Part shown: positions 7,924 to 15,814 of the stretch, piece by piece
How positions within the stretch are numbered: the stretch's first letter is position 1
How the letters are laid out: every line of letters begins with the position of its first letter
Assembly: GCA_039208735.1 (NCBI GenBank)
Contig: JBCCQY010000121.1
Location: 1-27,732, forward strand
Length of the DNA: 27,732 nucleotides
From: Myxococcota bacterium
GTDB lineage: Bacteria; Myxococcota_A; UBA796; GCA-2862545
Reading direction: 5' to 3'
Made by a program: the position numbers and the translations under genes
Notes under the pieces: model-generated
Told to the model about the DNA's origin: nothing
Database searches by the model: none
What the model saw: only the letters and a program-made list of their open reading frames with translations

Positions 7924-9050
7924 ATGCGAGGCGTTGTCCTGTCAGTCTTGATGATGGTTGGAAGCCTCCCTGCCTGCGTCGAGGGGCCTGACTCCATCGA
8001 TCCGGAGCCCGTTGACGTGGAAGATCTCACGAAGGACCTGGCGCCCATTCGCGACCAGCACGGCGTTCCGGGTCTTGCCGGGGCCATTGTTGGTCTCGAT
8101 GGAGTCGAGGCGATGGGGGCGGTAGGGTTTCGCAGGGACGCTTCCGGACCCTTGGTCACGGTCGACGATGCCTGGCACCTTGGGTCCGATACGAAGGCGA
8201 TGACGGCAACGTTGTTGGCGATTCAGGTGGCCGGGGGCGTCGTGCGCTGGGAACCCGTCTTTCTGACGTGTTCGGCGACATCGATCCGAGCTGGCACGAC
8301 GTCACGCTCGAAGATCTGGCGTTGCACCGGAGTGGGGCCGTCGACAACCTCCCGGCGAGCCGACCGGATCTGTGGGAGGGTCTCTGGGTGCGCGATGGGG
8401 CCGACGATCGGAGCACCCGCGCATGGTTTGCCGAAGAACTTCTCGGGCAGCCAGCCGAGCGACCGGGTGGTGACTTTGCCTATTCGAACGCTGGCTACAT
8501 CCTGTTGGGAGCCGCGCTGGAACGCACCGCCGATCGGTCGTGGGAAGACCTGATGACCACCCACCTGTTCGAGCCGCTCGAAATGGCGAGTTGTGGGTTT
8601 GGTCCACCGCGTGGCCGGTCTCCCTGGGGCCATACCCCAGGCGCGTTGGGAGGCTGGGTCGCGATGGATCCTCGGCAGTCTGGAAGCGACAACCCGTCTG
8701 CGTTCGGCCCCGCGGGCACCGTGCATTGCAGTCTCGTCGATTGGGGCGCGTTCGTGGCGCTCCACCTTCGTGGGGCGAACGGCTCGTCGATCGTATTGGA
8801 TTCGGCTGCCTTCGAGCGAATGCACCTGGCCGTTGGAATTGGTACCGAAGCCTATGGGCACGGCTGGGTGGTTGAGACCAATTCTCCGGCCTGGGTTGAC
8901 GGGACGTTGCTGTTTCACGGAGGAAGCAACACCATGTGGTTCGCCTATATGTTCCTTTCTCCCTCCCAGGGACGCGCCTGGCTCGCGGTCACCAATGCAG
9001 GGCTCGAGGCGGCCGCGTGGGATGCCATTGTGACGCTGGCCACTCGTTGA
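7924..9050 (+). pseudogene. Serine hydrolase (beta-lactamase class C-like) lipoprotein, split by a 1-nt frameshift at about 8250 (possibly a sequencing error)
   Basis: Lipobox LPAC and SxxK (GSDTK) in one frame; LALHRSG, YSN and HGGS in another. Adding one base at TGGGAA restores W(E/G)TRLSDVF. Confidence 0.85.
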
Positions 9051-9553
9051 CCGATAAGCTCGCCGAACTCGAAGCCCGCATTGCTGCCGTCGAAGCGATC
9101 CTTCAGCCGGAGGAGGGGGAACTCGACCTCGGGCTGATCACACGCCTGCGTCGGGTGGAGGGTGAGGCCGCCCAAGGCGCGATTCAGCTGGCCGGTTCGG
9201 TGGACATCGGGGGCCGCCGTGCGGCCTGGCAGACGATTCACGCCTCCGAAGAGCTGGTGACGTTCGACCCGGAGCCCGTCGCGCGGGTGCTGTCGGCTTT
9301 GGGGCACCCGATTCGGCTGCAGATTGTCCTCAGTCTGCTCGCGGGTCCCCGAAAGGCCTCCGATCTTGAAGTTTCCCTTGACGTAGGTTCAACCGGCAAA
9401 TTGTACCATCACCTCAAAGAACTTGTGTCGGCTGGCGTCGTCGTTCAGCCTCGAAGAAGCGAGTACGTGGTTCCTACGCCAGGTGTGATCCCCGTGTTGG
9501 CGGCCATCGCTGTCGTTTCGGATTTGATTGGGCCGACCAACTTTTCGGAGTGA
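9047..9553 (+). CDS. ArsR-family winged-helix regulator with N-terminal extension
   Basis: LSALGHPIRLQIV..LL.GP...GSTGKLYHHLKELVSAG. TTG start overlaps the hydrolase stop (TTGA). Confidence 0.85.
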   Translation: MTDKLAELEARIAAVEAILQPEEGELDLGLITRLRRVEGEAAQGAIQLAGSVDIGGRRAAWQTIHASEELVTFDPEPVARVLSALGHPIRLQIVLSLLAGPRKASDLEVSLDVGSTGKLYHHLKELVSAGVVVQPRRSEYVVPTPGVIPVLAAIAVVSDLIGPTNFSE

Positions 9554-9639
9554 TCCTCGGTTCCCGAGGGCGCAGAAAGCGTCGAACCAGATCGTAAAAG
9601 CGACCTCCTCCTTGCGTACACCAAGCAACCGGAGGAGTC

Positions 9640-10191
9640 ATGAAGCCCAAGCCGAGTTCTCGTGCATTGCGGCGCGTCATTCGACGGGCGCTGAAGCAGG
9701 GCGTGCCGGCCCCCGATGCCGAAGATCTGGCCACCGCAGCCTGGGAACGTGCTGCGGAGCGCTATGATCGCGATCGCGGGTCCTTTGACGCTTTTTTTGA
9801 ACAGGTCGGTCGCACCGTGGTCCAGGACTGGTGGCGGAAGGTGAAGCGTCGAAGGGAGTTCCACCTCGCGGAGGAGCCGGTTGCTCCGCCTGACAACGCG
9901 CGCCTGGAACAGGTGTTTGCCAACCAACAGCGGCTCCTCGAGGCCCTCGCCGACGATGAGCGCGACGTTTTCTTGACCTGGGCACTGCAGAAGCATCTGC
10001 CCCAAGGGCAACTGACGGCCCCGGAGGCGGCGCGTCGCCTTGGTCTCACGGTCGCGGACTTCAACAACGCCAAGCGTCGCCTCGCCGATCGCATCCGCAA
10101 GCTTGCTGCCTCGTGGGGCCTTGAGCCTCGCGACTTCTTTTCGGTGAACGACCGTGAAGGTCCCCGACGGAGGAACCATGTCCATGGATGA
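9640..10191 (+). CDS. ECF-type sigma-70 factor
   Basis: Region 2 DAEDL...YDRDRGSFDAF...DWWR and region 4 HTH (TAPEAARRLGLT). GGAG RBS. Confidence 0.8.
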   Translation: MKPKPSSRALRRVIRRALKQGVPAPDAEDLATAAWERAAERYDRDRGSFDAFFEQVGRTVVQDWWRKVKRRREFHLAEEPVAPPDNARLEQVFANQQRLLEALADDERDVFLTWALQKHLPQGQLTAPEAARRLGLTVADFNNAKRRLADRIRKLAASWGLEPRDFFSVNDREGPRRRNHVHG

Positions 10192-11488
10192 AATCGATCG
10201 CTTGCTCTCTGAAGCCCCAGCCCAAGGACCTCTCCATGACGCGATGAGGGCGCATCAGACACCGTCTGAAGATGAGGTGGAGCGCATTGCACGACGGGTG
10301 GAGGCCCGGCTGTCCCCCTCGACGACGCGTTGGGTCCGAGGCCTGGTGGTTGCCGGACTCGCTGCCGCAGCGGCGCTCGCGGTCTGGGCATCGAGGTCTG
10401 AGCCTCCGTTGGCGCCTTCCTGGACGATTCCGCCGGTACCGGTGGCTGCCGAACGGCTTCGTCCCTCCCCCAGCACCCTAGAGCCAGGGGTTGAGGCTGC
10501 GAATTGGTTGGCCGAGGGCCGCGTAGATGATGCCGTGCTTCGCTACCAGCTGCTTTTGGCGGAGCAGCCGACCGATCCGCGGGCGGCGGGATGGCAGCGG
10601 GGTCTCGTGCAAGCCTTGCGTACGCGAGGCGACCATTCGGCTTCCCTTGAAGCCGCCTTCCACTTGCTTGAGCGCTACGGCCCCGGAACGCCATGGGCCG
10701 AGCGCTACGGCAGCGAGACCGAGCGGACGGCGACGGCGAAGACGCTCGTGAAGTCGGCTGTCGCGGCGCATGCGGCGGGCCGCAAGGCCAAGAATCTGGC
10801 ATTGCTGGACCAAGCCGCTGTCGCGTACGAACTCTACTTTCACGACCTCGCGGAGCCTGAGGGGAGCCCTGAAGTGCGGTATGGCTACGCTGAGCTGCTC
10901 TACGAGCGTGAGCGGTTTGATGAGGCGTGGGAACAGTACAATACGGTCGTCGAACACGACGCCGACCCAGCCCGGGCCCGGTTCTGTGCCGAGTCGGCGG
11001 TGTTTGCGGCCGAGGAGATGCTGAAGGTCGCCAAGGACGACGGGGTGTGGCGTGATCGCTTTGTGGCTACGCTCGATGCCTACGTCAGTCGGTGGCCAGA
11101 CGACAAGAAGTCCGTCGCTATGGGCTACAAGGCGGCATATGCCGTGTATGAACGGGATCCTACGGCGGGAGGCGAGCGCTTCGAGACCATCGCCCAGGAC
11201 TTCCCTGGTACCAGAGAAGGGGGGTTTGCGGCGAACCTCGCTGTGGATGCCTACATCCTTGAGGAGGACTTTCAGGGTGCAGCCGATTGGGTTGCGCACT
11301 GGCTGACCCTCGAAGGAACCGATCCCGAGACCCGCGAGGAACTTGCTCGAATTGGGGCGAACGCTGCCTATGAAGCCACGCGACGGGCTCTCTTGAAGGG
11401 GGCCGATCCCGAGGTGGTCTGGGCCGAGTACTACGAAGAATGGCCCAACGGCCCGCAGCCGAAGGCGAGGGACGAACAGGACCCGTAG
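10178..11488 (+). CDS. Single-TM TPR-repeat protein, putative anti-sigma factor
   Basis: GGAGGA RBS inside the sigma gene. Short N-terminal domain, TM (GLVVAGLAAAAALAVW), Pro-rich linker, then TPR-like helices (YGYAELLYERERFDEAWEQY). Confidence 0.75.
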   Translation: MSMDEIDRLLSEAPAQGPLHDAMRAHQTPSEDEVERIARRVEARLSPSTTRWVRGLVVAGLAAAAALAVWASRSEPPLAPSWTIPPVPVAAERLRPSPSTLEPGVEAANWLAEGRVDDAVLRYQLLLAEQPTDPRAAGWQRGLVQALRTRGDHSASLEAAFHLLERYGPGTPWAERYGSETERTATAKTLVKSAVAAHAAGRKAKNLALLDQAAVAYELYFHDLAEPEGSPEVRYGYAELLYERERFDEAWEQYNTVVEHDADPARARFCAESAVFAAEEMLKVAKDDGVWRDRFVATLDAYVSRWPDDKKSVAMGYKAAYAVYERDPTAGGERFETIAQDFPGTREGGFAANLAVDAYILEEDFQGAADWVAHWLTLEGTDPETREELARIGANAAYEATRRALLKGADPEVVWAEYYEEWPNGPQPKARDEQDP

Positions 11489-11528
11489 TACATGTACGCG
11501 CACCCAAGGCCCAACGGCCCGCAGCCGA
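11442..11528 (+). repeat. Perfect 21-bp direct repeat, two copies 66 bp apart
   Basis: GGCCCAACGGCCCGCAGCCGA at 11442-11462 and 11508-11528, with the palindrome GTACATGTAC at 11488-11497 between them. Confidence 0.9.
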
Positions 11529-11532
11529 GCCT

Positions 11533-12651
11533 TCAGGCGCGGATGACGATCGCCGAGCCGACCGAGTAGCCAGCCCCAAACGAGCAGATGAGGCCTTTGT
11601 CGCCCGGTTCGAGATCGCTCGAATGCTGGGCGAACGCAATGATTGAACCTGCGGACGACGTATTGGCGTACTCCTGCAGGATGTTGGGCTGCTCGCCGGG
11701 CTCGGGGTCACGGCCAAGCACGTTGCGGCCGATGTAGTCGTTCATCGTCTTGTTGGCCTGGTGCAGCCACAAGCGCCGAAGCCCGGTGGGCGGCACCCCT
11801 TCTTCGTGAAGATGCTCACGGATGTGTTCGACCACGAGAGGCAGCACTTCCTTGAAGACCTTCCGACCGTTTTGCATGAACTGCATGTCGCGACGGTCTT
11901 CCATCTGGTCGTGGGTCCGCCGTAGGAATCCGTCATTGTTACGGATGTTGTTTGAGAACTGCGTCTTGCAACGGGTCGACAAGACCTTGAAATGGGGCCG
12001 TACAAGTTCCTCGTCACGCTCGATCACCACGGCCGTTCCGACGTCGCCAAAGATGAAGTGGCAGTCGCGATCCCGCCATTCGAGGTGGGCCGAGCAGATC
12101 TCGGGGTTGACGATGAGGGCACGGCGAACCGAACCAGTGCGAACCATCTGAACCGCGGTTTGGATGCCAAACGTCGCTGACGAGCAGGCGACGTTCATGT
12201 CGTAGGCGAAACCATCAGCGCCGAGCTGAGATTGGATCTCGACGGCGATGGCAGGGTAGGCGCGCTCATGGTTCGATGCGGCACAGAGGACCAGGTCGAT
12301 ATCCTCGCCAGCAAGGCCGGCTTGTTCGAGGGCGCTCGACGTGGCGTTTAGCGCCATCTCGGCCATGATCGACGGTTCGTCATCCCCACGGGGCGTGAGC
12401 CGGGGAAACATGCGAGACGGATCGAGAACCCCTTCTTTGTCGAGGACATGTCGGCGTTCAATTCCAGAGGCGGAAAGGATGAACTCCGCAGACGAGTGGG
12501 GCTTGGCTTCCACTTCGCCGGCAGCGATGCCGTCGGCGTGCGCAGCATTCCAGCGGTCGGCGTAGGTGTTGAACGCCTCAACGAGTTCCTCGTTGGTGAT
12601 GACCTGAGTCGGGGTAAAAACCCCGGTGCCGGTGATTGCAGCGTCGAACAT
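11533..12651 (-). CDS. fabH: Beta-ketoacyl-ACP synthase III (PA3286-type FabH)
   Basis: Catalytic triad DMNVACSS / WLHQAN / YANTSSAG. DRDCHFIFGD and FSNNIRNN motifs are typical of the PA3286-like clade. RBS before MFDAAIT. Confidence 0.93.
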   Translation of the reverse strand: MFDAAITGTGVFTPTQVITNEELVEAFNTYADRWNAAHADGIAAGEVEAKPHSSAEFILSASGIERRHVLDKEGVLDPSRMFPRLTPRGDDEPSIMAEMALNATSSALEQAGLAGEDIDLVLCAASNHERAYPAIAVEIQSQLGADGFAYDMNVACSSATFGIQTAVQMVRTGSVRRALIVNPEICSAHLEWRDRDCHFIFGDVGTAVVIERDEELVRPHFKVLSTRCKTQFSNNIRNNDGFLRRTHDQMEDRRDMQFMQNGRKVFKEVLPLVVEHIREHLHEEGVPPTGLRRLWLHQANKTMNDYIGRNVLGRDPEPGEQPNILQEYANTSSAGSIIAFAQHSSDLEPGDKGLICSFGAGYSVGSAIVIRA

Positions 12652-12783
12652 ACGATCCCTCCGGTAGCGTTGGGGCACGCCAGCTAACCGCCATTTCGGC
12701 CCGGTTCATCCACCCTGACGCTGAATGACCCTCCAGTTGACCGTGCGGTTGCCCTCCGTCCGAACTCGTCCGCGGGATGTGCC

Positions 12784-13593
12784 CTACTGGCCGGTCCAGG
12801 CGGGGGTCGGCTGCTTCGTGACGAACGCCCCAATTCCGGCCTCGGCATCGCGGGCCATCATGTTTTCGGCCATCACCCGACCGGTGTAGGCATAGGCTTC
12901 GTCGAGGGTCATTTCGGCCTGGGCATAGAACGCTTCCTTGCCGACCTTCACCGCCACGGGAGACTTGCTCGCGATGAGCTGGGCCATCTGCTGGGCTTCG
13001 GCCTCAACTTGGTCGTCTGGCACGACGCGGTTGATGAGTCCGAGTTCGGCGGCTCGGGAAGCCGGCACGAACTCGCCGAGCAGGAGCATTTCGAGGGCGT
13101 GTTTGCGTGAGACGTTGCGAGTCAGGGCGACCATGGGCGTGGAGCAAAACAGCCCAATGTTGATGCCGGACGTCGCAAACCGCGCACTCTCGCCGGCCAC
13201 CGCCAGGTCACAGGCGGCGACAAGTTGGCACCCTGCTGCGGTAGCAATGCCCGTGACCTCGGCGATGACGGGCTTGGGCAGGCGAACGATGGTGGTCATC
13301 ATCCGCGAGCAGGTCGCGAACAGATCCTCGAAGTATTGACAGCCCCCATCGGCATCGGCGCGGCGGGCGGTCATCTCCTTGAGGTTGTGCCCCGCACAAA
13401 AGTGGGGCCCAGCTCCCCGCAAGATCACGGCATGAACGGCGGGGTCGTGACCGACCTCATGCAGGCCCTTTTGGAGTGCGTCGAGAACGTCCTCCGATAG
13501 GGCATTGATCGACCGTGGCCGATTGAGGGTTAGCGTCGCAACGCCATCCTGCTGCTCAATCAGCAACGGCAAGTCACCAGTGGATTCGCTCAT
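12784..13593 (-). CDS. Enoyl-CoA hydratase/isomerase (crotonase; ECHDC3-like)
   Basis: LTLNRP..INAL, FCAGHNLKEM, ATAAGCQLVAACDLA and GLFCSTPMVAL motifs. GGAGGA RBS. Confidence 0.93.
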   Translation of the reverse strand: MSESTGDLPLLIEQQDGVATLTLNRPRSINALSEDVLDALQKGLHEVGHDPAVHAVILRGAGPHFCAGHNLKEMTARRADADGGCQYFEDLFATCSRMMTTIVRLPKPVIAEVTGIATAAGCQLVAACDLAVAGESARFATSGINIGLFCSTPMVALTRNVSRKHALEMLLLGEFVPASRAAELGLINRVVPDDQVEAEAQQMAQLIASKSPVAVKVGKEAFYAQAEMTLDEAYAYTGRVMAENMMARDAEAGIGAFVTKQPTPAWTGQ

Positions 13594-13656
13594 CGGGTCC
13601 TCCGAAGGTCTTCGAATGCTACCCGAAGGACGGGTCGTAGCCGCAAGGATGCGTCT

Positions 13657-15543
13657 TCACCGTTGCCGAAATCGGAAAAGCATGGTGAAACGAACCGCTT
13701 TGCGTTCTTTGTCCACACGGTAGGGGGCCCATCGCGACTGGCGCACGGCCCGTCGGATTTCCTCGTGAAACACGATGGGGCAGACCTCGACGTTCACGTT
13801 GTCGGGGACCCCTCGGTCATCGAGTACGATGGTCACCCGGCAGCTTTGGTCGCCAAGGCCCATCGACTGGGCATTGGCAGGGTAGCTCGGTTGGACGAAC
13901 ACCTTGCTCTTCACGTCGTTCGAAGAGACTCGGAGGGGGCAGGCGAGCAACCCTGGGGTGCAGGAGGGAGCCGGACGGGCGAGCGCCGCGGCGGCGATGC
14001 TGTCGAGGGGGACGTCTCCGGCTGCGTTTGAGGCGTTGGCCGCCTGCCCTGAGCCTTCTTCCACCGACAGGTCTTCGATCGTGAACAGGCCCGGTTCGAT
14101 GGGTTCGAGCACCTCGAGCACCTCGGATGCAATGGGCTCGGGAAGCGGACGGGCTTCCGGTCGAGGCCGCCGACGTTTGCGAGCGACGGTGCGGGTGGGT
14201 TTCGGCTTGACCACCTTGCGGGCTGGCAGGTTCGTCCAACCATCGGCGGCGCTGTCCCAGGACAAGGCGCGTGAACGGCCTTCGATCACCTCGACCGAGG
14301 TGCTGGACCGTACATCCCCAAGCGCCATTTCGACGTCACGGAGACCGGGCGCAAGCCCAAAAAGGACCGGCGTTTTTCCGACGTGGGTACCGTCGACAAA
14401 GACATCTGCGCCGTCCGGGTTCGACCGGAGGGTCCACGATGTGAGCGTGATGGTCGTCGGGCCGGCATCGACGGCGAGGGGTTCAGGTCGTTGGCCGATC
14501 AACCACCATGCGGCCACTCCCAACCCCACCACAATGGTAAGCACGAAGGTGATGATGAAGATGTTGACCATCGTGAGCGTGGTGAGGAACCCCCCTCGTG
14601 GGGGGGCTGCGGCGACGAACGATGCGGTGGAGAGCGGGCCTGGAACGGCGGTCAACACGGTCCCGCAAAGGGGTTCGTTCTGGGTGCCGATGCGATGGGG
14701 AACGTGGCTTTCGGCCCAGCGCCGTAGATCCAGCTCATCGAGCCGTGCAGCAAGGGTTGAGCACTGACCCTCGACCTCGCGGGCGGTGGGCCGAACGTCA
14801 GGGTTGTCGTGGACCATTCGCATGGCGATGTCCAACACCGATCGCAACGAGCCGCTCGACTCCCGATAGAGAGCGGACATTTCTTGCCGGTCCGTCGATC
14901 CCTTGGTGACGAGCTGGTAGAGCACGACCCCAAGGGCAAAAATGTCGCCCGCAGGCAGATGGATGCCTTGAAAGCGTTCCGGAGCGATATAGCCTTCGGT
15001 CCCCCGAATTTCGACATGGTCGATGGGTGACTCGATGGTCGGGAACTGGGCTTCGGCGACGCCAAGTTCCAGGAGCCGAACCTCGCCGCTTCGCGTGATT
15101 TGAAGGTTGGCTGGCTTGATATCGTCGTGGACGAGTTGCAAAGGACGGCCCGAGAGGTCGGACTGTTGCGAGAGGTGGTCAAGGGCTCGGGCGACCTCTT
15201 GAACGATTTCCAAGGCTGCGCGAGGGGGAAGGGGACCCAAATGGTGCAGAAGGAGGTGGCAATTTGCGCCGGGCACGTACTCCATGACGATGGCCCAGTA
15301 CCCGTCGAGTTCGGAGGGCGCCTCGAACCGGACGATGGCGCGGTCGCGAATGACCGCGAGGGTATTCGAGATCTCTCGGAAGCGGCGCAGGTGAGGCGCT
15401 GTCGAGGCGTGTTCATGGAGCAGCTTCACCGCAACGTCGCGCGCGAAGCCGTCGGGTTGGGTGCGGCGAGCCCGAAATACGCGGCCGCTGCCGCCTTGGC
15501 CCAGGAAATCCAACAGGTGGTAGGAATCGACGAGTTCGCTCAC
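13657..15543 (-). CDS. Ser/Thr kinase-like domain - TM - PEGA - Pro-rich linker - TonB C-terminal domain fusion
   Basis: LGQGGSGRV, VAVK, HDDIKPAN, GT.GYIAPE; TM at ~330-355; PEGA SNPDGADVFVDG..VGKTP; TonB_C QPSYPANA...VTIVLDDRG. Start uncertain (GTG 15543 or TTG 15561). Confidence 0.85.
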   Translation of the reverse strand: MSELVDSYHLLDFLGQGGSGRVFRARRTQPDGFARDVAVKLLHEHASTAPHLRRFREISNTLAVIRDRAIVRFEAPSELDGYWAIVMEYVPGANCHLLLHHLGPLPPRAALEIVQEVARALDHLSQQSDLSGRPLQLVHDDIKPANLQITRSGEVRLLELGVAEAQFPTIESPIDHVEIRGTEGYIAPERFQGIHLPAGDIFALGVVLYQLVTKGSTDRQEMSALYRESSGSLRSVLDIAMRMVHDNPDVRPTAREVEGQCSTLAARLDELDLRRWAESHVPHRIGTQNEPLCGTVLTAVPGPLSTASFVAAAPPRGGFLTTLTMVNIFIITFVLTIVVGLGVAAWWLIGQRPEPLAVDAGPTTITLTSWTLRSNPDGADVFVDGTHVGKTPVLFGLAPGLRDVEMALGDVRSSTSVEVIEGRSRALSWDSAADGWTNLPARKVVKPKPTRTVARKRRRPRPEARPLPEPIASEVLEVLEPIEPGLFTIEDLSVEEGSGQAANASNAAGDVPLDSIAAAALARPAPSCTPGLLACPLRVSSNDVKSKVFVQPSYPANAQSMGLGDQSCRVTIVLDDRGVPDNVNVEVCPIVFHEEIRRAVRQSRWAPYRVDKERKAVRFTMLFRFRQR

Positions 15544-15814
15544 CGGCAGAGCGTACAACAAAGGACTGCGGTTCGGCGGGTCATCCTCGATGGTGTCCGA
15601 GGCGAGTCGGGCTCGTTCAGGCGCTCTGGAACGGTCAGAAAGCTGTCAACCGGCGCGCTCGCGTGCGGGTCCTCGGGTCCATTTCGATCAGCAGCAAGCA
15701 ACGCTTGCGCGAGTCTGAACCGCCATGACCTTCGTGAGGATCCAGCGCTCATCCCGGCGCGGTTCACTCGAAACTGTAGGTTTACACGTTGACTGGATCC
15801 GCCAAATCGGCAAG

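Noticed and set aside
7924..9050. Calling this serine hydrolase (or the one at 26442-27653) an antibiotic-resistance beta-lactamase
   Set aside because: Motifs fit the broad esterase/peptidase branch of the family. Nothing specifically indicates AmpC activity.
9554..9639. Autoregulatory ECF promoter upstream of the sigma gene
   Set aside because: AAC- and CGT-like elements exist, but I could not assign a convincing -35/-10 pair.
11442..11528. Repeat-spacer-repeat as a mini CRISPR array
   Set aside because: Only two 21-bp copies, one inside a CDS, with no cas genes or leader.
12652..12783. Possible riboswitch or terminator between crotonase and fabH
   Set aside because: No clear hairpin with U-tract or recognisable RNA motif.
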